Source of the DNA: Mycobacteriales bacterium
GTDB lineage: Bacteria; Actinomycetota; Actinomycetes; Mycobacteriales; SCTD01
DNA: 64,000 bases
Reading direction: 5' to 3'
NCBI GenBank assembly: GCA_038230355.1
Contig: JBBRNK010000007.1
Span: forward strand, 111,529-175,528
In this document: positions 39,655-48,844 of the stretch, one piece after another
Layout of the letters: every line of letters starts with the position of its first letter
Position numbering within the stretch: position 1 is the first letter of the stretch
Made by a program: the position numbers and the translations under genes
The notes under the pieces: generated by a model
What the model saw: only the letters and a program-made list of their open reading frames with translations
What the model was told of the DNA's origin: nothing
Database searches by the model: none

Positions 39655-41229
39655 ATGCCCCTGCCACTTTCTTCGGAGGCGCTCCGCGTCGGCCCGCTCA
39701 AGGAGGGGGCGTTCACGTCGCGCCTGCACAGCGAGCGAGTGGCTTCCTGGCTCGGACTCCTTCTTGGCGTTACGTTCACGCTGTGCATGCTGACCGGCCT
39801 GTGGTCGCACTTCGTCCAGCACCCACCTTCGTGGTTCACGGTTCCGGCGCATCCGAGCTGGCTCTATCGCGTCACCCAGGGAGTGCACATCACCACCGGC
39901 CTGGCGGCGGTCCCGCTGCTGCTGGCCAAACTCTTCACGGTCTACCCCCAGCTGTTCGCGTGGCCACCGCTGAAGAACCTGCGGCACGCCACCGAGCGGG
40001 GCGTGCTGCTGCTCGTCGGAGGCTCGCTTCTGCAGCTCGCCACCGGGGTGATGAACATCTTCCAGTGGTACGCCTTCGGGTTCTTCTTCACCACCGTCCA
40101 CTACTGGTCGGCCTGGGTCGTCATCGGTGCGCTGACCGTGCACGTCGGCTCCAAGATCGCGGTGGCCCTACCCGACCGGGCTTGCGGTCGCTGTCGGGAC
40201 GCTGGTGATCGTGACCACGCTCGGAGCCGCCCTACGGCAGGTCCGTCAGCGTCGATGAACGGGTCGATCAGAGCGGTCGTCACGACCCTGCTGCTGTCCG
40301 TGGCCCTGGCCGCCTGCGGCAGCAACGGATCGGGCGGCAAGGCCGCGGAGCCTGCCAAGGCGCCCCCGGTGACCGTGGCCCCGGCCGGAAAGCTCGTCGC
40401 GGTCGGACACGAGGCCGAAGGCGTCGTCATCGACCCCGTCAGCCACCTCGCCGCCGTCGGAGTTCGGGCGCCGTCCGGCCTGGCGCTCGTCGCCACCGGG
40501 GCGGGCGCCCTGCTCAGCACGGTTCCCCTGTCCGGCCATGTCAGGCACCTGGCGTTGCTCGGCCAGGACGTCCTTGTGCCGGTTGAAGATGCCGGCGCCC
40601 TGGTACGGGTGCACCTGCCGGACGGAACAGTCACCTCACGGGTCACGACCGGCGACTACCCGCACGGCGTGACCGCAGTCGGCTCCGACGCCGTGGCCGT
40701 GGCCAACGAGCACGGACACCGGATTTCCCTCGTACGCAACGGATCCGTGGTCGCCACCGCCGCCGGCTTCAAGCAACCCGGCGGGCTGGCCACCACCTCC
40801 GAAGGCGTCTACGTCATCGACGTCGCCGCCTCCACCCTCACCCGACTCGGCCCCCAAGACCTGCACCGGGAGGGCCAGGTCGCCGCCGGCAACGGACCGA
40901 CCCACGTCCTCGCCGACCGTCGGGGCAACCTGGTCGTGGCCGACACGAGAGGGGTCGCGCTGTTGGTCTTCTCACCGACCCTCAAGCTCCTCAGGCGGGT
41001 ACCACTGGCCGGCACCCCCTACGGGCTGGCCTACGACACCACCCGGGACGAGCTGTGGGTGACCCTGACGAGCCGTAACGAGGTCGTCGGCCTGCAGGGC
41101 CTCCAGCTCACCGAGGTTCGACGGTTTGCCAGCGTCCGCCAGCCCAACACGATCGCCGTCGACCCCGTCACCGGCACCGTCGCCGTGGCCAGCCGCAGCG
41201 ACGGGGTCCTGCAGATCGTGAGCCGCTGA
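39655..41229 (+). CDS. Polytopic membrane domain (Trp/His-rich, ~5 TM) continuous with a lipoprotein-like YVTN/NHL beta-propeller domain. The sequence reads as one ORF but may be two genes, with a frameshift near 40136-40258 and a second start at ATG 40255
   Basis: The ORF 39655..41229 is uninterrupted. The N-terminal part is WSHFVQHPPSWF...PSWLYRV...FQWYAFGFFFTTVHYW. An internal signal-peptide/lipobox-like segment MNGSIRAVVTTLLLSVALAACGS sits at 40255. The C-terminal propeller is DPVSHLAAVG...YVIDVAASTLTRL...GTPYGLAYD. Confidence 0.55.
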   Translation: MPLPLSSEALRVGPLKEGAFTSRLHSERVASWLGLLLGVTFTLCMLTGLWSHFVQHPPSWFTVPAHPSWLYRVTQGVHITTGLAAVPLLLAKLFTVYPQLFAWPPLKNLRHATERGVLLLVGGSLLQLATGVMNIFQWYAFGFFFTTVHYWSAWVVIGALTVHVGSKIAVALPDRACGRCRDAGDRDHARSRPTAGPSASMNGSIRAVVTTLLLSVALAACGSNGSGGKAAEPAKAPPVTVAPAGKLVAVGHEAEGVVIDPVSHLAAVGVRAPSGLALVATGAGALLSTVPLSGHVRHLALLGQDVLVPVEDAGALVRVHLPDGTVTSRVTTGDYPHGVTAVGSDAVAVANEHGHRISLVRNGSVVATAAGFKQPGGLATTSEGVYVIDVAASTLTRLGPQDLHREGQVAAGNGPTHVLADRRGNLVVADTRGVALLVFSPTLKLLRRVPLAGTPYGLAYDTTRDELWVTLTSRNEVVGLQGLQLTEVRRFASVRQPNTIAVDPVTGTVAVASRSDGVLQIVSR

Positions 41230-41350
41230 CCAGCGACGGGTGCCACTGGGCGCTACCCTCCCAACATGACCACCACGCCTCCCTGACCGCGGCGCCGCAG
41301 TGCGGTGTCCCCGTCCGGTTGCAGGTCCCCCGTGGTGAAGGAGAACGTCC

Positions 41351-42571
41351 ATGTCCCGGCTCAGGCCGGGGCGACGCGTGCACGCCCCCGCGCGCCGTCG
41401 TCCCTCGAGTGCAGGCGTCCCGTCCCGGTGGCGTCAGGTGGTCGCCCTCCCCGGCGTACCTGCCCTTGTGGCGGGCAGCATCGCCGGCCGGGTGGCTTTC
41501 GGCGCGCTGCCGGTGGCGGCGTACCTGGCACTGTTACGAGCGACCGGTAGCGTCCGCGACGCCGCGGTCCTGACCGCGGCCGAGGGACTGGTCGGAGCGC
41601 TGTCGTTCCCGCGCAAGGGCCGGCTCGTCGACCGCTACGGACGGCCGGTGCTGCTGGTGCTCGCCGCCCTCACCGTCCTGGCGCTCGTCGCGGCCACCGG
41701 GCCGGGCGCGCTGGTGGCGGGGATGTTGTTGCTCGTCGGTGTGCTGGCACCACCGGTGACATCCACGGTCCGCGCGACGTGGGGCCACCTGCTCGGCGGC
41801 AGTGGGGACCTGCGCGAGACAGCCTTTCGCCTCGACGCGGGTCTGGAGGAGGCCAGCTTCCTGGGTGCTCCCGCATTGGGCGGCGTGGTGGCCGCTGCCG
41901 CCGGCCCGCACATCGCGTTGATCCTGGTGGGCCTGCTGCTGGTCACGGCTGCGCTGCTGCTCGGGGCCGCCGCCCCGGAGGCCGGCTCGAAGGTCCGCCG
42001 TGGGAGTCTCACCCGCAGCACCCACCTGGTCGGCGTGCTGCTCGGGCTGAGCGCACTCGGCCAGGGCCTGGTCGGTGCCACCATCGCGCTCGCCGCCCAA
42101 CACCTGCACTCCCCCACCCTGTACGGCGTCCTGCTGTCCCTCGACGGGGTCGGCGCCTTCGTCGGGCTGGCGCTGGTGGCGACCCTGACGCGACGGCTCA
42201 CGACCGGCCGACGCCTCGGGGTGCTGTGGACGGTGACCCCGTTGCTGATGCTGCCCTTGGCCGTGAGCACCAGCCCCGTGGCGCTGGTCGTCACCGTGAC
42301 CGTCGTCGGCCTGCCCGTGGGGGCGATGATCGCGACCCTCAACGCCGCCGTGCCGGTCCTGGAGCCGGAGGGCCGCTGGAACGAGGCCTACTCCTGGCTG
42401 GTGACCTGCCAGAACCTGGCGGGCGCGGCGGGGTTCGCAGCCGGCGGGGCGCTCGCCGGACGGGTGACGCAGGGCGCCCCGGCCCTGCTGGCGGCAGCCG
42501 TCACCGGCGCCGGGTTCGGGCTGGCCGGCCCGGCCCTGACCCGCCGACTGGGACGCGTCCGGCAGAGCTAG
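41351..42571 (+). CDS. MFS transporter
   Basis: 406 aa with 12 hydrophobic segments and AAGGAG before the ATG. Confidence 0.8.
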   Translation: MSRLRPGRRVHAPARRRPSSAGVPSRWRQVVALPGVPALVAGSIAGRVAFGALPVAAYLALLRATGSVRDAAVLTAAEGLVGALSFPRKGRLVDRYGRPVLLVLAALTVLALVAATGPGALVAGMLLLVGVLAPPVTSTVRATWGHLLGGSGDLRETAFRLDAGLEEASFLGAPALGGVVAAAAGPHIALILVGLLLVTAALLLGAAAPEAGSKVRRGSLTRSTHLVGVLLGLSALGQGLVGATIALAAQHLHSPTLYGVLLSLDGVGAFVGLALVATLTRRLTTGRRLGVLWTVTPLLMLPLAVSTSPVALVVTVTVVGLPVGAMIATLNAAVPVLEPEGRWNEAYSWLVTCQNLAGAAGFAAGGALAGRVTQGAPALLAAAVTGAGFGLAGPALTRRLGRVRQS

Positions 42572-43395
42572 GCAGGCGACCCGTCGGTCGTGGCGTTCGC
42601 GGAGCCGGCGGCGTCGGTGGCCGCCGGCTTGGCGAGCGGCACCGCCGGAGCCGGTGTCGCGGCCGGGAGCTGGCCGGTGAGGCTGGCCCGGATCTGGTCG
42701 AGCCGGGCCTGACCCGCGAGGTCCATCGCGGACTTCTCCACCTCGAGCATTCGGCCCTCGACGCTGCTGCTCGCGAGCTCGGCCCCACCGAGGGCCTTGG
42801 CGTACCGCGCCTCGATCTTGTCCCGGACCTCCTCGAGCGACGGCACGGTGCCGGGAGCGGACAGCTCCGACATCGACTGCAGGCTCTTGGTGACCTGCTC
42901 CTGCATCTTGGCCTGCTCGAGCTGGCTGAGCAGCTGGGTGCGTTCCGCGAGCTTCTTCTGCACCAGGGACGCGTTGGTCTCGACGGCCTTCTTGGCCTGG
43001 CCGGCAGCCTGCAACGCCTGGTCGTGGAGGGTCTTGAGGTCCTCCATCGACTTCTCCGACGACACGAGCTGGTTTGAGAACTGCAGCGCGGTCTGCTCGT
43101 ACTCCGAGGCCTTCGCGGCGTCGCCCGCTCCGCGCGCCTGGTCGGCGAGCACGAGGGCCTGCCGCGCCGAGCCCTGGAGCTTCTCGACGTCGCCCATCTG
43201 CCGGGCCAGCTTCATCTCGAGCTGGCGCTGGTTGCCGATGACGGCAGCGGCCTGCTGCGTGAGGGCCTGGTGTTGGCGCTGAGCCTCCTCGATGGCCTGC
43301 TGGATCTGGATCTTGGGGTCGGCCTTCTCGTCGATCTTGGCGCCGAAGGCAGCCATGAGGTACTTCCAGGCCTTTACGAACGGGTTGGCAGCCAC
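42568..43395 (-). CDS. pspA: PspA/IM30 family protein (phage-shock protein A / 35-kDa antigen-like)
   Basis: N-terminus [37 protein letters not shown] and a long coiled coil. GTG start after GAGGAAA. Confidence 0.85.
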   Translation of the reverse strand: MAANPFVKAWKYLMAAFGAKIDEKADPKIQIQQAIEEAQRQHQALTQQAAAVIGNQRQLEMKLARQMGDVEKLQGSARQALVLADQARGAGDAAKASEYEQTALQFSNQLVSSEKSMEDLKTLHDQALQAAGQAKKAVETNASLVQKKLAERTQLLSQLEQAKMQEQVTKSLQSMSELSAPGTVPSLEEVRDKIEARYAKALGGAELASSSVEGRMLEVEKSAMDLAGQARLDQIRASLTGQLPAATPAPAVPLAKPAATDAAGSANATTDGSPA

Positions 43396-43482
43396 GCGGG
43401 TTTCCTCTCGAACTGGTCAGGACATCCTGTCATCCCGGACTCGTACAGGTGCCAGACAGGGCTGAACGGGCAGACTGCTTCG

Positions 43483-44688
43483 GTGCGCCCGTCACCCCGC
43501 CCCGCCCTGTTCACCGCCGTCACGGCCGCCCTGCTCCTCAGCGCGTGCAGCTCCACCACCTCGCGCGTGGGCTCGGGCCCCACCCCGAGCAGCACCGCAA
43601 CCAGCCCGTCGCCGGTCGCAACCCGGTCCGCTGTGGCCGCGCCGAGCGCGGCGACCCTCCCCGCCATCCCCGCCAACCTCAATGCCCACGACCTGTACGC
43701 CGCAGACCGTCCAGGCCTGCTGTCGACCGAGGCCGCGAAGGCAACGTCACTGATCTACGTGCCGGACGACGAGGACGCGACGGTGCACGTCATCGACCCG
43801 AGGACCTACAAGGTGCTGCGCGTCGAGAAGGTCGGTCGCCTGCCGCAGCACGTCACACCGTCGTACGACCTGAAGACGTTGTGGGTCGACAACGACCAGG
43901 GCAACACGCTGACCCCCATCAACCCGCGGACCGGGACCTTCGGCCGGCCCGTTCCCGTCGAGGACCCCTACAACCTCTACTTCACCGCCGACGGCCGGCA
44001 CGCCGTCGTTGTCGCAGAACGCCTGGGGCGCCTGGACTTTCGCGACCCCCACACCATGAAGCTGCAGCACTCGCTGCCGGTTCCGTGCAGTGGGGTCGAC
44101 CATGCCGACTTCTCGGCCGACGGCACGCACGCGCTGTTCTCCTGCGAGTTCAGCGGCCAGATGGTGTGGGTCGACCTGGTCCACCAGAAGGTCGTACGCA
44201 CCCTCGACCTGCCCCGGCAGACCTCCCAGCACCCGAAGCCGCAGGACGTGAAGACGAGCCCGGACGGGTCGGTCTTCTACGTCGCGGACGAGAACAGCAA
44301 CGGCGTGTTCCTCATCGATGCCAGGACCCTCAAGGTGCTGCGCTTCCTGCCCACCGGTGCCGGCGCCCACGGGCTCTACGTCAGCCGCGACAGCAAGGAC
44401 CTCTACATCACCAACCGCAAGGGTGCCTCGGTGTCGGTGCTGTCGTTCGCGACCCGCTCCGTCCGTACCGTCTGGCAGATCCCCGGCAGCTCCCCCGACA
44501 TGGGCGGCGTCTCGGCCGACGGCAAGGTCCTGTGGCTGTCGGGTCGCTACACCCGTGAGGTCTACGCGATCCGCGTCAGCGACGGCCACCTGCTGGCCCG
44601 GATCAAGGTCGGCGGCTCGCCACACGGCCTGTGCGTCTGGCCCCAGCCCGGGCGTTACTCCCTCGGTCACACCGGCGTCCTTCGATGA
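43483..44688 (+). CDS. YVTN-family beta-propeller lipoprotein
   Basis: GTG start followed by lipobox LLLSAC. Repeats include LIYVPDDEDATVHVIDPRTYKV, VFYVADENSNGVFLIDARTLKV and LYITNRKGASVSVL. Confidence 0.75.
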   Translation: MRPSPRPALFTAVTAALLLSACSSTTSRVGSGPTPSSTATSPSPVATRSAVAAPSAATLPAIPANLNAHDLYAADRPGLLSTEAAKATSLIYVPDDEDATVHVIDPRTYKVLRVEKVGRLPQHVTPSYDLKTLWVDNDQGNTLTPINPRTGTFGRPVPVEDPYNLYFTADGRHAVVVAERLGRLDFRDPHTMKLQHSLPVPCSGVDHADFSADGTHALFSCEFSGQMVWVDLVHQKVVRTLDLPRQTSQHPKPQDVKTSPDGSVFYVADENSNGVFLIDARTLKVLRFLPTGAGAHGLYVSRDSKDLYITNRKGASVSVLSFATRSVRTVWQIPGSSPDMGGVSADGKVLWLSGRYTREVYAIRVSDGHLLARIKVGGSPHGLCVWPQPGRYSLGHTGVLR

Positions 44689-45704
44689 GACGCCTGGCCG
44701 TCCTGCTGCTGGCGGCGGCCTGCTCCTCGTCCACGACAGGAGCGCCCCCCAGTACGACCGGCTCCTCGCCCACCGTCACCCGGTCCCCCGCGAGGCCACC
44801 GACCGCAACGACGTCATCGTCCACGACGCCCGGCGCGACACCGCCAACGATGCACTGGTCGGCAGGTGAGCCGCTTCCTCGGGCTGTCAGCGAGGTCGGG
44901 GTCGCCGCCCTCGGGACCGCCGTGCACGTGCTCGGCGGTTACGTGGACGGGCTTCCCCACTCCACGACCCACCTCGTGCTCGACACCACCACCGGCCGCT
45001 GGCACACCGCCGCCCCTCTGCCGCAGGCGCTGGACCACGTCGGCGTCGTCGCCCTCGCGGGACGGCTGTGGGCCATCGGCGGCTACGGCGCGAGCCCAGG
45101 AGGAAGCTCGCGGGTCTACTCCTGGGACCAGGCGTCCGACCAGTGGACCGACGAGGCGCCGCTGCCTGACCGTCGGGCCGCGGGGGTGGCCGTCGTCCTG
45201 GACGGCAAGATCCACTACGTGGGTGGGAAAAGTGGTGGCGTCGACGTCGCCGAGCACGACGTCTACGACCCCGCGACGAAGAGCTGGGCGACCGCGGCGC
45301 CGATGCCGACAGCCCGTGACCACGCCGCCGGCGCCGTCGTCGACGGTCGGATCTATATCGCGGCCGGGCGACCGAACGACCTCACGTCGATGCTCGCCTA
45401 CGACCCTGCCGCCAAGCGCTGGACCACGCTGCCACCCCTGCCGCTGGGGCGGTCGGCCGTCGCCGGGGCGTCGCTCGGTCACCGCTTCGTCGTCCTCGGT
45501 GGGGAGCACCCAGGAGAGCAGTTCGTCGACACCGAGGTCGACGCCTACGACCCGGGCTCCCGGCGGTGGAGCCGCCTGCCGGACCTGCCTGCCGGCCGTC
45601 AGGGGATCGGCGCAGCCATCGTGGGAGACACCCTCTACCTGCCCGGGGGTGGACCCACCGGCGGTGGGTCACGCCAGAGCGACACCCTGCTGCTGCTGTC
45701 CTGA
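44685..45704 (+). CDS. Kelch-repeat (galactose-oxidase-like) beta-propeller lipoprotein
   Basis: Its ATG overlaps the upstream stop (ATGA at 44685-44688). Lipobox is LLLAAAC, followed by a Ser/Thr/Pro linker. Kelch-type repeats are present (LWAIGGY, IHYVGG, IYIAAGR, FVVLGGE). Confidence 0.75.
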   Translation: MRRLAVLLLAAACSSSTTGAPPSTTGSSPTVTRSPARPPTATTSSSTTPGATPPTMHWSAGEPLPRAVSEVGVAALGTAVHVLGGYVDGLPHSTTHLVLDTTTGRWHTAAPLPQALDHVGVVALAGRLWAIGGYGASPGGSSRVYSWDQASDQWTDEAPLPDRRAAGVAVVLDGKIHYVGGKSGGVDVAEHDVYDPATKSWATAAPMPTARDHAAGAVVDGRIYIAAGRPNDLTSMLAYDPAAKRWTTLPPLPLGRSAVAGASLGHRFVVLGGEHPGEQFVDTEVDAYDPGSRRWSRLPDLPAGRQGIGAAIVGDTLYLPGGGPTGGGSRQSDTLLLLS

Positions 45705-45728
45705 CTGCGCACCGGTCGACCGCTCGGG

Positions 45729-46457
45729 TCAGCCGGGCCAGCCAAGACCGGAGCTGGGCGCACCGGCACCGACGAGGGACGCCGCGGTGGGGGGCGTTCC
45801 CGTGGTCATCGAGGTGGGCATCGAGGTAGGCATCGAGGTAGGCATGGCAGGAGTAGCAACCGCCATCCCACCCAGCCCCGTGGCGAGGACCTGGACGGCG
45901 GCCGGCAGGTCTGCGGGAGCCAGCGGCCACAGCACCTGGCTGGCGCACCAGCGCAAGAGCAGCTCCACCTCGGCGGGTCCGTGAGGGACCCGGGCGGCCG
46001 TGAGCACCGTCGTGACGCCGTCGCGGGCCACCTGCCAGCCGCGCGCCTCACCCGGGGTGGCCAGCGGCGCGATCAGGGCTTGTTCGCCCTCGGCCGCCTT
46101 GCGGAGCGGCGCGCTGCCGGCGAGAGCCTCACCGACCAGAACGAGCGCGGCGACCAGACCGTCGGTGGCGACCGCACTCGCGCAGGTGGCGACGAGGTCA
46201 GCAACCTGCTGCTCCACCAGGGCTGCGAGCACATCGTCCTTGGTGCGGAAATGGTTGTAGAGGGTGGCCTTGGCGACACCGCTCCTGGAGGCGACGTCGA
46301 CCATCGTGGTCTTGCGGACGCCGTACCGGGCGATGCACTCGGCGGTGGCGTGCAGCAGGGCGGAGCGGGTGCGGCCCATCGCGTTGCCGGAACGGGCCCG
46401 GGTGCCTGGCTCGCGGACCGGCTCGTCCGAGGCGCCCCTGGTTGTGGGACTGGTCAC
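45729..46457 (-). CDS. TetR-family transcriptional regulator with low-complexity C-terminal tail
   Basis: HTH is TTMVDVASRSGVAKATLYNHFRTKDD. The start may alternatively be ATG at 46379. Confidence 0.8.
   Translation of the reverse strand: MTSPTTRGASDEPVREPGTRARSGNAMGRTRSALLHATAECIARYGVRKTTMVDVASRSGVAKATLYNHFRTKDDVLAALVEQQVADLVATCASAVATDGLVAALVLVGEALAGSAPLRKAAEGEQALIAPLATPGEARGWQVARDGVTTVLTAARVPHGPAEVELLLRWCASQVLWPLAPADLPAAVQVLATGLGGMAVATPAMPTSMPTSMPTSMTTGTPPTAASLVGAGAPSSGLGWPG
45807..45846 (-). repeat. Tandem 12-bp repeat (3 copies, catcgaggtagg-like) encoding MPTS repeats in the TetR tail
   Basis: The repeat is directly visible and in-frame within the coding sequence. Confidence 0.6.
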
Positions 46458-46490
46458 CGGGCGCAGCCAGACATCGTGGAGGGCAACAGA

Positions 46491-46853
46491 TCAGGCCGCC
46501 GCGACCACATCGCGCACCGGATGCACGGTCACTGTCGCGGAAGGGAGCTTCACGGACTCGAGGACCGGCTGCGCCTTGGTGATCGGGCGTGCCTGGGGCA
46601 GCGGGTGGGGCTCCACGACCGCGAGCTCCTCGCTCACCTCGCGCAGCAGGTCGGACAGCCGGACGCCCAGAGCACGGCAGATGCTCGCGAGCAGCTCGGA
46701 GGAGGCCTCCTTCTGACCGCGCTCGACCTCGCTGAGGTAGCCGAGGCTGACCCGCGCCTGGCTCGCCACCTCGCGCAGCGTGCGCTGCTGCTGCAGACGT
46801 GTCTCACGGAGGGCATCGCCCATCAACCTGCGGAGCACCATCACGTCGGTCAC
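46491..46853 (-). CDS. clgR: XRE-family HTH regulator, ClgR-like (position conserved next to cinA-pgsA)
   Basis: HTH is [41 protein letters not shown]. Synteny is rimO-pgsA-cinA-HTH, as for clgR in Actinobacteria. GTG start. Confidence 0.65.
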   Translation of the reverse strand: MTDVMVLRRLMGDALRETRLQQQRTLREVASQARVSLGYLSEVERGQKEASSELLASICRALGVRLSDLLREVSEELAVVEPHPLPQARPITKAQPVLESVKLPSATVTVHPVRDVVAAA

Positions 46854-46916
46854 CTCGTCTCGTCAGTGCCCTTCACGCTACCTGTCTTTGCGGGTGGGGC
46901 CAGCGGGGACCCGCGC

Positions 46917-46934
46917 GTTCGCTCCTGGGGGAAC
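46917..46934. promoter_or_regulatory. ClgR-box-like palindrome GTTCGCtcctgGGGGAAC upstream of the clgR-like gene
   Basis: It matches GTTCGC-N5-GCGAAC with one mismatch. It is located 64 bp upstream of the HTH gene start, between cinA and clgR. Confidence 0.35.
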
Positions 46935-46953
46935 CGTCCATCGTGGGAGGAGG

Positions 46954-48174
46954 TCAGGTCAGCCGGCGCCGGAGCAGGTCGAGGGCGGCTGTGACGGACA
47001 GTGCCCGCACCCTCTCGCGATCGCCGGGTAGCCGCAACGAGCGGACGACGGGAGCACCGACCGGTCCGGCCACCGCGAGGTGCACGGTGCCGACCGGATG
47101 GCCCTCCTGCTCGGTCGGGCCGGCCACGCCGGTGACGGCCACTGCCCAGTCGGCCCCGAGCCGTTCGCGGGCACCGGTCGCGAGCGCGGCGGCGGTCTCC
47201 ACGGACACCGCACCGTGTTCGGCGAGGACCTGCGCGGGCACGCCTGCGAGCGTCTCCTTGAGGTCGGTGGCGTAGACGACCGCGCTGCCCCGGAACGTCG
47301 CCGAGGACCCCGGCCGCTGCGACAGGGCCGCCGCCAGCAGACCGCCGGTCAGTGACTCAGCGACGGCCACGGTCTGGCCGGTTGCCGCGAGCGCGTCGTG
47401 CACGATCCCGTCGAGCGTCTCCCGGTCGTGGCCCCAGACGTTCTCCCCGAGGACCCGGTCAGCTGACCGGACGAGCGGCTCCAGCACCGCCGGGTCACCG
47501 GCTGTGGTGAAGCGCACGCGCACGACCGCGCCACCGGCAAGGTAGGACAGCGCGACGCCGTCCGGCAGGGCGATTGCCTTCTCGACCAACTCCGCGACGG
47601 CGGACTCGCCGAGGCCGCAGACAAGGACCTGCCGGGTCGTGACGGCCCGGCCGGTGCGCGCGGACAACCGCGGCCAGACCGTCTCGGACGCGGCCCGAAG
47701 CTCGTGCGGCGGCCCCGGAAGGGCGATGACGACCCGGTCACCGACGGCCAGCCAGAGCCCCGGGGCCGTTCCCACCGGGTTGTCCAGGACCTCCGCGCCG
47801 CGCGGCACGTCCGCCTGCACCAGGATCGCCTCGGGCATCGTGATGCCGTACGCGGCGAACTTCGTGCGCAGCCCGTCTTCGAGGGCTGGTACCCGGTCGA
47901 GCGGGAGGTCGAAGGCGTGCGCCACCGCGGTGCGGGTCAGGTCGTCGACGGTCGGCCCGAGCCCCCCGGAGAGCACCACGACGTCGGCCTCGACCAGGTG
48001 GTGGCGCAGCGCGGTCACCAGGCGCTCCAGGTCGTCGCCGACCGCGGCGGAGGCAACGACCTCGACCCCGGCGGCGGCCAACTGGTGGCCCAGGTAGGCG
48101 GCATTGGTGTTGATGACGTCACCGAGCAGCAGCTCACTGCCGACGGCGAGGACGGCGCCCCTCACGTCAGGCAC
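46954..48174 (-). CDS. cinA: CinA (competence/damage-inducible protein A; MoCF-binding + CinA C-terminal domains)
   Basis: N-terminus AVLAVGSELLLGDVINTNAAYLG, at 406 aa. Confidence 0.9.
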   Translation of the reverse strand: MPDVRGAVLAVGSELLLGDVINTNAAYLGHQLAAAGVEVVASAAVGDDLERLVTALRHHLVEADVVVLSGGLGPTVDDLTRTAVAHAFDLPLDRVPALEDGLRTKFAAYGITMPEAILVQADVPRGAEVLDNPVGTAPGLWLAVGDRVVIALPGPPHELRAASETVWPRLSARTGRAVTTRQVLVCGLGESAVAELVEKAIALPDGVALSYLAGGAVVRVRFTTAGDPAVLEPLVRSADRVLGENVWGHDRETLDGIVHDALAATGQTVAVAESLTGGLLAAALSQRPGSSATFRGSAVVYATDLKETLAGVPAQVLAEHGAVSVETAAALATGARERLGADWAVAVTGVAGPTEQEGHPVGTVHLAVAGPVGAPVVRSLRLPGDRERVRALSVTAALDLLRRRLT

Positions 48175-48844
48175 CCCGAGCCGCCTTGCGGGCGCGCTTC
48201 ATCGCGGCCCGCTCGCTGGTCTGCCGAAGCGTGAGAGCCCTCGCGACGTAGTCGATCCCGGTGACGACCGTGACGGCCGCCGCCAGCGCCATCACCACGG
48301 CCCGCCCACTCGCCAGCAACCCCGTGAGGGGCAGGACGTAGAAGCCGATAGCCAACCCCTGAAGCAGAGTCTTCAGCTTGCCGCCCCGGGAGGCCGGGAT
48401 GACGCCATGCCGGATGACCCAGAATCGGAGCGCGGTGACACCGACCTCGCGGAGCAGGACCACGACGGTGACCACCACCGGCAGGTCACCGAGGGAGGAC
48501 AGCCCGATCAGTGCCGCGCCGGTGAGGGCCTTGTCGGCGATGGGGTCGGCAAGCTTGCCGAAGGCCGTGACCAGGTTGCGGCTGCGGGCGATCTGGCCGT
48601 CGACCTTGTCGGTGTAGGAGGCCAGGGCGAAGACGCCGAACGCGGCCCAGCGCCAGCCGTGGGAGTGGCCGCCCCCGGCGAGCAAGGCCGCCACGAAGAC
48701 GGGGACGAGCAGCAGCCTGAGGACAGTCAGCGCGTTGGCGATGTTCCACGCGCTGGCCGCCGAGACGGGGGCGGCCATCGGCTCCAGCGACGGCTTGCCG
48801 GGCAGGAGGGGGTCGATCCGGGGCTCGGGCTCGACCGCGCTCAC
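48167..48844 (-). CDS. pgsA: CDP-diacylglycerol--glycerol-3-phosphate 3-phosphatidyltransferase (CDP-alcohol phosphatidyltransferase)
   Basis: CDP-OH_P_transf motif DKVDGQIAR...G...D...DK. The GTG start overlaps the rimO stop (GTGA). Confidence 0.85.
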   Translation of the reverse strand: MSAVEPEPRIDPLLPGKPSLEPMAAPVSAASAWNIANALTVLRLLLVPVFVAALLAGGGHSHGWRWAAFGVFALASYTDKVDGQIARSRNLVTAFGKLADPIADKALTGAALIGLSSLGDLPVVVTVVVLLREVGVTALRFWVIRHGVIPASRGGKLKTLLQGLAIGFYVLPLTGLLASGRAVVMALAAAVTVVTGIDYVARALTLRQTSERAAMKRARKAARGA

